DNA from: Candidatus Vicinibacter proximus
Lineage (GTDB): Bacteria; Bacteroidota; Bacteroidia; Chitinophagales; Saprospiraceae
Assembly (NCBI GenBank): GCA_016713905.1
Contig: JADJOE010000003.1
Location: 2,071,944 to 2,135,943, forward strand
Length of the DNA: 64,000 nucleotides
Direction of reading: 5' to 3'
Part shown: piece after piece, positions 25,268-33,602 of the stretch
Position numbering within the stretch: the stretch's first letter is position 1
Layout of the letters: each line of letters opens with the position of its first letter
Program-made: the position numbers and the translations under genes
Notes under the pieces: model-generated
Told to the model about the DNA's origin: nothing
Database searches by the model: none
The model's input: only the letters and a program-made list of their open reading frames with translations

Positions 25268-27277
25268 CTTCAACCATTTATCCAACCATCCAAAATATTC
25301 TTTCTGCCAGAGCAATCCATTTTGTGGCGTTTGAATCCAATGTCCTTCTTCAGGAAACAGAACCAATCTGCTTGGAATATTTTTCAATTGGGCAGCCTGG
25401 TAGGCTTGCAGTCCTTCGCTGACAGGTACCCGAAAATCTTTTTCTCCATGCATCACCATGATCGGAGTATCCCAATTTTGTACATACTTGTGCGGTGAAA
25501 ATTTTTCATATTGCATGGCATGGGCTTTATCCCAGAAAGGACCTCCAAAATCATAATTTACAAACCACATTTCTTCGGTGGTTCCATACATAGACTCCAG
25601 ATTAAACACACCACAATGTGAGATGAAACATTTAAATCGCTTGTTGTGATTTCCTGCTAGGTAGTAAACGGAATATCCGCCAAAACTTGCACCAACAGCT
25701 CCCAATCTATCTTTATCAACAAAAGGTTCCTTGGCTGCATCGTCGATGGCACTCAAATAGTCTTTCATGCATTGTCCTCCCCAATCTTTGGAGATGGCAA
25801 GATTCCACTCTTGACCAAAACCGGGCATCCCTCTGCGGCAAGGTGCCACAATCACATAACCCTTGGAGGCCATCAGTTGGAGATTCCAGCGATAAGAAAA
25901 AAACTGGCTCACAGTGGATTGCGGTCCACCCTGACAATACAATAAAGTGGGATATTTTTTCTTTGGATCAAAGTCCGGAGGCAGGATCGTCCACACCAGC
26001 ATTTTTTTTCCATCTGTAGTCTGAATCCATTTTTGGCGGACCTCTGCTTTTTTAATTTTATCCCAGACGCTTTTATTTATCTGCGTCAACTGAACCGCTT
26101 CGCCAGTCATCCCGTGAATGGAATATATTTCAGCCGGATTGGTCATCGAAACTCTTGAGCCGATCAATCCTTTTGGACTTACGAGGATGCTTTGGTAATC
26201 ATGAATTCCGGTAGTGAGTTGTTTTACTTTAGCCGTTGCAATGTCCTGCATCATGATTTGGTTGCAGGCATTGACAGCACTGATGAAATAAATAAATTTT
26301 CCATCCTTAGAAAAAGTGGCATGTTCGGCATTGTTGTCAAACTTAGCGCCCAACATCTTTTTTTCTCCGGATTTAAAATTGTAGAGGATGAGTTGATCTT
26401 TATCCGCTTCATAAGTTGGCGTCAACATGGCATTCCACAGCACCGAGTTGCCGTCAGGAGAGAAGATCGGAGATTTATCATATCCCTGATTGAATCCACT
26501 GATGTTGCGGGTAGATTTAGTTTGAATATCGTACAGAAAAATATCGGTATTGGTGTTGAGTGCATAGTCTTTGCCGCTGTATTTCTTACAACTGTAGGCT
26601 ATCATTTTGCCATCGGGTGAAAAACTCACTTGCTCGATTCCATCATTCGGTTCCACAGGAGCTTCAAATGGTTCATTTACAATGTTCACAGGTTCCCCAA
26701 CCAGCATCCCGTTTTTTAGTTCCACGGTAAAAACATTGCTGTCATGACCATCATCCCAGGTTTTCCAGTGACGATACATGAGATCATTGTACAAACGGGC
26801 GTTTGCAAGAGGCAGGCCGGGATAAGTTTCCGTAGTTGTTTTACGGTATTTCACATCCTGCAGGAAAGCTATTCTGTCGTTTGTAGGCGCAATCACAAAT
26901 CCATTCATCTCCAGGTCAGCGAGTTTGTATTGGTCGCTTCCGTCTGGATTGCAGGAATAAAGGAGACCATTTGCAAGAAACAGGATTTTTTTCCCATCCG
27001 GCGTAAATCTGGCATTGTTTTCATGCCCTTCATAATTCGTTATTTTTACCGGAGGGGTAGTTCCATCGGTCTTGCAGACGTACAAGTCAGTATTCCCTTT
27101 ATTGGCTACGATGTTGAAATAGGTAACTGAATACACTACGCTTCCGCCATCCGGAGAAACATCTTCCAATGCTACCCGCCCCAATTTCCAAAGGGTCTCT
27201 TCAGTGAGTAATTCTTTTTGGGCATGGAGGATATAGTTTGTTACAATAAAAATAAAAAGCAAGTTTAGGTACTTCAT
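25262..27277 (-). CDS. S9-family serine peptidase (prolyl oligopeptidase / acylaminoacyl peptidase type)
   Basis: An N-terminal beta-propeller with SPDG repeats is followed by a catalytic GASFGGYS nucleophile elbow and a C-terminal His region (EGHWI). I prefer the start MKYLNLLFIF at 27277, which precedes a signal peptide, over the track start at 27400. Confidence 0.9.
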   Translation of the reverse strand: MKYLNLLFIFIVTNYILHAQKELLTEETLWKLGRVALEDVSPDGGSVVYSVTYFNIVANKGNTDLYVCKTDGTTPPVKITNYEGHENNARFTPDGKKILFLANGLLYSCNPDGSDQYKLADLEMNGFVIAPTNDRIAFLQDVKYRKTTTETYPGLPLANARLYNDLMYRHWKTWDDGHDSNVFTVELKNGMLVGEPVNIVNEPFEAPVEPNDGIEQVSFSPDGKMIAYSCKKYSGKDYALNTNTDIFLYDIQTKSTRNISGFNQGYDKSPIFSPDGNSVLWNAMLTPTYEADKDQLILYNFKSGEKKMLGAKFDNNAEHATFSKDGKFIYFISAVNACNQIMMQDIATAKVKQLTTGIHDYQSILVSPKGLIGSRVSMTNPAEIYSIHGMTGEAVQLTQINKSVWDKIKKAEVRQKWIQTTDGKKMLVWTILPPDFDPKKKYPTLLYCQGGPQSTVSQFFSYRWNLQLMASKGYVIVAPCRRGMPGFGQEWNLAISKDWGGQCMKDYLSAIDDAAKEPFVDKDRLGAVGASFGGYSVYYLAGNHNKRFKCFISHCGVFNLESMYGTTEEMWFVNYDFGGPFWDKAHAMQYEKFSPHKYVQNWDTPIMVMHGEKDFRVPVSEGLQAYQAAQLKNIPSRLVLFPEEGHWIQTPQNGLLWQKEYFGWLDKWLKN

Positions 27278-27314
27278 ATTAGTAATATTCAATATCAAAT
27301 AAATTGTAATGCGA

Positions 27315-27632
27315 TCAGGCCTGGGCGGTAGGTGTGTTAAATGACATAGGAGGAAATTGCGGCGGCTCTGGATCCTGAATGGTTCCGAACTGATTTTCAA
27401 ACTTACTTACATTGTCCGCCAGGGCCTTTAGGAGCCTCTTGGCATGTTGTGGTGTAAGGATTATTCTAGACTTCACTTTTGCCTTAGGTATGTTAGGCAT
27501 AAGCCTTATAAAGTCGAGTACAAACTCAGAGTGGGAGTGTGAAATGATTGCCAGGTTTGAATAAACGCCTTCCGATACTTTTTCAGAAAGCTCGATGTTG
27601 ATTTCATTGGGATTCTTTGGTTGATCAGCCAT
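27315..27632 (-). CDS. DUF3467 domain protein
   Basis: 105 aa. GVYSNLAIISHSHSEFVLDFIRLMP...KVKSRIILTPQHAKRLLKAL matches the DUF3467 pattern. Confidence 0.8.
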   Translation of the reverse strand: MADQPKNPNEINIELSEKVSEGVYSNLAIISHSHSEFVLDFIRLMPNIPKAKVKSRIILTPQHAKRLLKALADNVSKFENQFGTIQDPEPPQFPPMSFNTPTAQA

Positions 27633-27907
27633 TTTTTAGATTTTAGTTGCAAATTTAAAGATTAAACAACAAAATTCCCAATCTGGTTTTCAAGAGGGAC
27701 CATAGAAGCCGCATATTAAAAAGCCATGATCTTATTGAATCTCACGTATGGTGAAGCGTCTTTGTTAAAAGAATTAGGTAGCGGGATGCATTCAAAATGC
27801 TGTAATTATAATGCATCGCAGTTTAAAACTGCGACAAACAAAAGTGGTTAATTCTAGCCTCACGGCTTGAACTTTACGCAAGTTTTCAAGGCACAGATTT
27901 TAACGTA

Positions 27908-27960
27908 ATGTTTGACGCTGGGAAGTATGACTGAACGATCTCTGCTTCAGCAGAGTATCG
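27908..27960. repeat. repeat of about 50 nt, copy 1 (partner at 29771-29827)
   Basis: GTTTGACGCTGgGAAgTATGaCTGAACGATCTCTgCTtcAGCAgAGtATCGT compares with GTTTGACGCTGtGAAtTATGgCTGAACGATCTCTaCTgaAGCAtAGATCGT. Confidence 0.7.
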
Positions 27961-28223
27961 TGTGACAGCACGATAGGTGAAGGACTTGTCCGACCACTGG
28001 CGAAACTGCGAAAGCGGCTTCACGTACACTTTAATTGATACTGCTTTTATTCAATGTAATGTTTTATGCTGAGAAACATCAACCAACCTATTATTAATTT
28101 TCAAAGACTATAATTTTCAAATTAACTCATTAGCTCACTAACTGATTCTCACATTTTGTAATTTCTTGACTTGAAATACTTTAAAGTATTTAAAATTTTG
28201 TTAGATTTGTGAAAAATTCAATC

Positions 28224-29699
28224 ATGAAAATACTTTTTAGCACAATTTTAGTACTCCAATTAAGTTTTTCTTATTCGCAAATTGATTTTAAAACAGTTGA
28301 TGTAGATAAAATATCAAAGTCTTTTATCATAGATAAATTTTTAGGGTATAAAGATGGAATTTATTATTTCCAATACCTAATCATAAAAAATATAGTTCAA
28401 TTTGATCGAAAAAAAACACAAGGACTTGGCGTAGTTATGTTTGACAAAGATTTAAAAGAAATACGAAGATTTGAAGTAAGTGGTAAAGAAAAAAAAGAAA
28501 ATTTAATTGCAACTTACTTTAAGGATGGTAAATTACATTTAATAGCATCATATGACAATAAGGAAAATAAAATTATAAACCATTACTCATTTGATAATAG
28601 CGGCAATCGTATTGGTGCAATAGAATTACTGGTTACCGATGAAGATTCTAATATAGATGTAGATTTCTCATTGGATTCAAGTAAAATTTTAATAGTCAAC
28701 AAATTTGATCCTAATACAAAAAATGAAAATTGTAAATTAGATGCTTGTGTAATAGATAAAGATGGGAATTTGCAATGGAAGAAGTCCAGTTCACTAGGAA
28801 ATTCCAAGGAATTTGATTTCAAAGCATTCAAAATTAATAATGAAGGTAACCTTTATGTCATTATGCAAGCATTATCTAAAAATGATGCATATTCTTACAA
28901 TCTTTTTAATTTGAATAAAAATGGTTCACATACCACAAAGTTGGTCACAAGTGGGTACATCGGAATTGTAAAAATGTATGAAACAGAAGACGGTTGTTAC
29001 CTTACAGGATTCAATTATAATTTAAAAAAAGGAATTCATGTTAATCCATTTTTAGTTAGAATAAATGATAAAAAGACTGAATTAATAGTACCTAACGAAT
29101 CAATTAATGAAGACTATTTAGCACCGTTAATAAAAAATAAATTTTACAAAGATAAAGATGGTTGGTCTGGATATACTTCATTAGTACATGCTTGGAAAAA
29201 TGATAAATCTGAGCACAGAATTGTATGGGAAGCTTCATATTTAAGCATTGAAAAAGTTGGAGGAATCCAGTATAAATACAATGAGTGCAAACATTACTTT
29301 ATGTTTATTTACGATGCAAATGAAACATTGAAAGACATAAAAATTTGCCCAAAGGAATTGGCAACTGACGCTGATTACTTTATCTATCCGGTACAAAGTT
29401 TTGTTCAAAACGATATAATGTATGCTGTGTTTAATGAGCAAGAGAATAACATTAATCTTACTTCGATTGATAAATGGAAAAACAAAGGAGATCAAATACC
29501 TATTTTAAGAAGATTTAAACCAGATGGAAGTATCAAAGATATTAAGTTAAATAAAAACCTAAATAATCAAGGTGTGATTCCAAATGCATCCGGTTTAACT
29601 TCTGAAGGCAATTTGATATTTTACTTTGGCGAATTTAAATTTTTAAAAATTAAGGACTTTAAGATAGGTTTGATAAATATTAATAATTTTGAAAAATAA
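28224..29699 (+). CDS. hypothetical secreted protein, very AT-rich gene
   Basis: The ATG at 28224 gives MKILFSTILVLQLSFSYSQ (signal peptide). About 490 aa, Lys/Asn/Ile-rich, with no motif I recognise. Confidence 0.6.
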   Translation: MKILFSTILVLQLSFSYSQIDFKTVDVDKISKSFIIDKFLGYKDGIYYFQYLIIKNIVQFDRKKTQGLGVVMFDKDLKEIRRFEVSGKEKKENLIATYFKDGKLHLIASYDNKENKIINHYSFDNSGNRIGAIELLVTDEDSNIDVDFSLDSSKILIVNKFDPNTKNENCKLDACVIDKDGNLQWKKSSSLGNSKEFDFKAFKINNEGNLYVIMQALSKNDAYSYNLFNLNKNGSHTTKLVTSGYIGIVKMYETEDGCYLTGFNYNLKKGIHVNPFLVRINDKKTELIVPNESINEDYLAPLIKNKFYKDKDGWSGYTSLVHAWKNDKSEHRIVWEASYLSIEKVGGIQYKYNECKHYFMFIYDANETLKDIKICPKELATDADYFIYPVQSFVQNDIMYAVFNEQENNINLTSIDKWKNKGDQIPILRRFKPDGSIKDIKLNKNLNNQGVIPNASGLTSEGNLIFYFGEFKFLKIKDFKIGLININNFEK

Positions 29700-29770
29700 C
29701 AGGATGTGGTTAGCTGAATTCAATTCATTGAATTCGAAATTCTCCAAAATATTCTAAATATTACATTGCC

Positions 29771-29827
29771 AAGTTTGACGCTGTGAATTATGGCTGAACG
29801 ATCTCTACTGAAGCATAGATCGTTCAG
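29771..29827. repeat. repeat of about 50 nt, copy 2, ending in an 11-bp hairpin
   Basis: CTGAACGATCT-(12 nt)-AGATCGTTCAG at 29794-29827, followed by a T-rich tract. It may also terminate the upstream gene. Confidence 0.7.
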
Positions 29828-29881
29828 TTATCTCTTATTCTCACAATCCTCTATCTTTGTAGCTAACAGTTGAGAAATGAG

Positions 29882-31432
29882 ATGAGGAAAAAAATCAAAT
29901 ACTACCGCCTTATCTGGCTTAAACATGATTTGCCCGCGGGTCTTGCGGTGTTTTTTGTGGCCCTGCCGTTGTGTCTGGGCATTGCACTGGCCTCGGGTGC
30001 ACCCTTATATTCAGGTCTGATGGCCGGAATCATTGGCGGCGTAGTGGTGTCTTTAATCAGTGGCTCGCAGCTGGGTGTTTCCGGACCTGCAGCAGGGTTA
30101 ACAACTGTGGTGGCTGCGAGTATAGTTTCATTAGGTGATTTTAGGATGTTCTTGCTGGCGGTGATAGTCGCCGGAATGTTTCAATTGATTTTGGGCTTAC
30201 TTAAATTGGGAAGCATCGCCCATTATTTTCCATCCTCGGTCATCAAAGGAATGTTGGCAGCCATCGGAATTATCTTGATTTCAAAACAAATTCCAATTGC
30301 ACTGGGATATGACGAACCTGACTTTTGGAACAGTGGATTCCTGGGATTATTCTCTGAACACAAGTTTTTATTGAACTTCATTTCGTTCAACAAAAGTCTC
30401 ACCACCGGTACGATCGTGATCACCATGCTTTCCCTTGGATTACTGATATTTTTCCAGGGAAAATATGCACACAAATTTAAATTATTACCTGCACCACTAG
30501 CGGTAGTTGTATTGGGAATTATTTTTAATCAGATTTTTTATCAGGCAACTTCGGATTACTCTTTAAAACACACGCAACTTGTTCAAATCCCCCATAATGT
30601 TTTTACACATATTGTTTTTCCCGATTTGTCTAAAATTTTTACCACCCACATCATTTGGATACAGGGAATGATCATTGGATTACTTGCAACTTTGGAGACT
30701 TTGTTGTGTGTAGAGGCGGTGGATAAGTTGGATAAAAGAAATCGCATCACACCGGTTAACCGAGAGCTTCTTGCACAGGGAATAGGCAACATTCTTTGTG
30801 GTCTGCTTGGCGCCATTCCCATCACCGCTGTAGTAGTACGTGGTGCTGCCAATGCAGATGCAGGAGGGCGAACCAAACTCGCTTCTTTCACCCATGGCAT
30901 TCTACTCCTTGCTGCCGTTCTGGCTATTCCATTTTTACTCAATTTAATTCCTTATGCGTCTCTTGCAGCCATACTTTTATTTACCGGTTACCGCCTTACA
31001 CCACCCAAATTATACAGGAATATGTGGAGCCTTGGATGGAGACAATTTTTTCCATTCCTGATCACCATTGTGATAATTCTTGCAACAGATTTATTAATCG
31101 GTGTCAGCATCGGATTGCTGATTTCCATTTATTTTATCATACAGAATAATTTCAAGGCAGAATACCGCATCAGTAAAAAAATGGCCCACGATACAGAAAT
31201 ACATTACATCAAACTCAACAGCAATGTAACCTTCCTGAATAAAGTAAATTTGCGGAAAGCACTCGACCTTATTCCAGAATACAGTGTATTGACGATTGAT
31301 GGAAGTGAATGTAATTTTATCGATTACGACATCCTGGAGATTATAAGCGAATACGCCAACAAAGCACATGATCGCCACATCGAATTACATTTACATGGGA
31401 TTGAAAAAGTAAATGTTACCGCTTTGCATTAA
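29882..31432 (+). CDS. SulP-family anion (sulfate) permease with STAS domain
   Basis: About 516 aa with multiple TM helices, a SulP N-terminal pattern (DLPAGLAVFFVALPLCLGIALASGAP) and a C-terminal STAS-like region. I prefer the ATG at 29882 over the TTG at 29870. Confidence 0.9.
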   Translation: MRKKIKYYRLIWLKHDLPAGLAVFFVALPLCLGIALASGAPLYSGLMAGIIGGVVVSLISGSQLGVSGPAAGLTTVVAASIVSLGDFRMFLLAVIVAGMFQLILGLLKLGSIAHYFPSSVIKGMLAAIGIILISKQIPIALGYDEPDFWNSGFLGLFSEHKFLLNFISFNKSLTTGTIVITMLSLGLLIFFQGKYAHKFKLLPAPLAVVVLGIIFNQIFYQATSDYSLKHTQLVQIPHNVFTHIVFPDLSKIFTTHIIWIQGMIIGLLATLETLLCVEAVDKLDKRNRITPVNRELLAQGIGNILCGLLGAIPITAVVVRGAANADAGGRTKLASFTHGILLLAAVLAIPFLLNLIPYASLAAILLFTGYRLTPPKLYRNMWSLGWRQFFPFLITIVIILATDLLIGVSIGLLISIYFIIQNNFKAEYRISKKMAHDTEIHYIKLNSNVTFLNKVNLRKALDLIPEYSVLTIDGSECNFIDYDILEIISEYANKAHDRHIELHLHGIEKVNVTALH

Positions 31433-31440
31433 AACAAAAA

Positions 31441-31469
31441 AAAGTCCCGCAGAATATCTGCAGGACTTT
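31441..31469. terminator. bidirectional rho-independent terminator candidate
   Basis: AAAGTCCCGCAG-AATAT-CTGCAGGACTTT (one mismatch) lies between the convergent SulP and cyclophilin genes, flanked by A/T runs. Confidence 0.6.
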
Positions 31470-31491
31470 AAAAATTAAAATATAATTTTTT

Positions 31492-32088
31492 TTATTTCAC
31501 TTCTCCGCTTTCAGAGATTTTTACTTTTACGGAAGTTGCTCCACTGCGTGATCCCACAGCCTCCATTTTACTCACCACGTCCATTCCTTCAACCACTTTA
31601 CCAAACACCACATGTCTTCCATCTAACCAAGGGCAAGGTACTGTAGTAATAAAAAACTGCGAACCATTAGTGTTCGGACCAGCATTGGCCATAGATAGTA
31701 ATCCGGGTTCTGTGTGCTTGATGATAAAATTCTCATCATTGAATTTTTCACCATAAATGGATTTTCCTCCGGTGCCGTTGTGATTGGTAAAATCACCTCC
31801 CTGACACATAAATTGTGGAATGATACGGTGGAATCCGCTTCCCTGGAAGCCGAAACCTTTTTCTCCGGTGCACAACGCCCTGAAATTTTCAGCAGTGATG
31901 GGCGCAACGTCTGCGTAAAGTTCAAAAACAATTCGCCCTGCAGGCTGATCGTTGATGGTAATGTCAAAAAATACTTTTGGATTGGTAGTCATTTTTTTAG
32001 AAGCTTTTTGATTTTGGGCAGCAAGGTAACTTGATCCACAGAAAAGACTGGCCAAAACCGGTAAAAAAATATAGAGAATCTTTTTCAT
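31492..32088 (-). CDS. peptidyl-prolyl cis-trans isomerase, cyclophilin type (secreted)
   Basis: Signal peptide plus cyclophilin motifs [16 protein letters not shown] and [13 protein letters not shown]. Confidence 0.95.
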   Translation of the reverse strand: MKKILYIFLPVLASLFCGSSYLAAQNQKASKKMTTNPKVFFDITINDQPAGRIVFELYADVAPITAENFRALCTGEKGFGFQGSGFHRIIPQFMCQGGDFTNHNGTGGKSIYGEKFNDENFIIKHTEPGLLSMANAGPNTNGSQFFITTVPCPWLDGRHVVFGKVVEGMDVVSKMEAVGSRSGATSVKVKISESGEVK

Positions 32089-32239
32089 GATAAAAATTTT
32101 CCCTTAAACGTAATCGGAATTATATTATTGCATACTTCCTAAAAAATGTTTTCTGAACCAGGACTGCCAGAAACTAAACCTCAGGCCTTTCTATTCATAA
32201 ATTTAAAGCTAATTTGCAGGTTCAAAACTTGTTTAAGAC

Positions 32240-33463
32240 ATGTCCTTCTCTGCCTCTGACAAAGCTTTAATAAATTCACTGTTGGTGTCCACCCTGGGAT
32301 ACTTTGTCGATGTATACGATCTCTTACTGTTTAGCGTAGTGCGTAGTAAGAGCCTTCGCGAATTGGGTATACCGGAAGAAGCTCTGCTGGAATCAGGACT
32401 CAGCTTACTGAATTGGATGCTTATCGGGATGATGGCCGGTGGTGTCGTCTGGGGTATTTTGGGCGACAAGAAAGGTAGGCGCTCCGTTTTGTTTGGTTCC
32501 ATCCTGATTTATTCTTTGGCCAATTTCCTGAATGCATATGTCACCGATGTAGGAACCTACAAAATACTTCGTTTGGTAGCAGGTTTTGGACTTGCCGGAG
32601 AATTAGGCGCCGGAATCACCCTGGTGTGCGAACTCATGAAGCCCGACAGAAGAGCTTATGGGACCTTGCTGATCACAGCCATTGGTCTATTGGGTGCTGT
32701 CTTTGCCGCATACATTGGTCAATATTACGATTGGCGGTTTGCGTACAAACTCGGCGGAATGATGGGCTTTGCCTTGCTTTTACTAAGGATAGGCTCCAGG
32801 GAAAGCACAATATTTGAAAAAAGTCAGGATCTAAACATTAGCCATGGGAATTTTCTACAGTTGATTACCCGGAAAGATTTGTTGCTGCGTTATCTGAAGT
32901 TAATTTTATTAGGCTTGCCGATATTTTTTGTCATTGGCATTTTGGTTACTGCAACGCCAGAATTTGCAAGGGCTTTTGGAATGAATGAGATTCCTGAAAC
33001 CGGGTTCGCGATTATGATCAGTTATACCTTTATTTCTCTTGGCGATATTCTATGCACCTTTCTAAGTCAATTATTGAAAAGCAGAAAGAAGGCTCTGGCC
33101 ATTTTTCTATGGATTAGTTTAGCTGGCATTTTGGTTTTTCTCTTGTTTCCAGGGCAAACCCCGCTGGCTTATTACTGGCATTGTGCCATCATGGGCATTG
33201 GCATAGGATACCTTTCCTTGTTGGTTACATTTGTTTCCGAACGATTTGGCACAAATTTGCGTGCAACCGCAACTATTTCTGCACCAAATTTTATCCGGGG
33301 ATTGTTGCCTGTCTTCGTTGCTCCAATATTTCTGTACATAAAATCACAATCCGATCTCATTACTGCAGGAGTGGTGATGGGCATTCTCTGTACCATTATT
33401 CCTATGATATTGCTTTTATGGATTAAAGAAGATTATGGAAAATCTATGGATTGGGTAGAATAA
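32240..33463 (+). CDS. MFS transporter
   Basis: 407 aa with about 12 TM helices and an MFS loop motif GDKKGRR between TM2 and TM3. Confidence 0.85.
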   Translation: MSFSASDKALINSLLVSTLGYFVDVYDLLLFSVVRSKSLRELGIPEEALLESGLSLLNWMLIGMMAGGVVWGILGDKKGRRSVLFGSILIYSLANFLNAYVTDVGTYKILRLVAGFGLAGELGAGITLVCELMKPDRRAYGTLLITAIGLLGAVFAAYIGQYYDWRFAYKLGGMMGFALLLLRIGSRESTIFEKSQDLNISHGNFLQLITRKDLLLRYLKLILLGLPIFFVIGILVTATPEFARAFGMNEIPETGFAIMISYTFISLGDILCTFLSQLLKSRKKALAIFLWISLAGILVFLLFPGQTPLAYYWHCAIMGIGIGYLSLLVTFVSERFGTNLRATATISAPNFIRGLLPVFVAPIFLYIKSQSDLITAGVVMGILCTIIPMILLLWIKEDYGKSMDWVE

Positions 33464-33602
33464 ATTTCTTTTTCTGGCCAATTAAAATCCATTCAACGAA
33501 ACTAATTCCCGTTTGCTTATCCAAATTTTATTTCAGGAAATTAAAAGTAAATCAATTATTATTTTTAGTTTCGTAAATCAAACCATCTAAAACCATCTAC
33601 AC

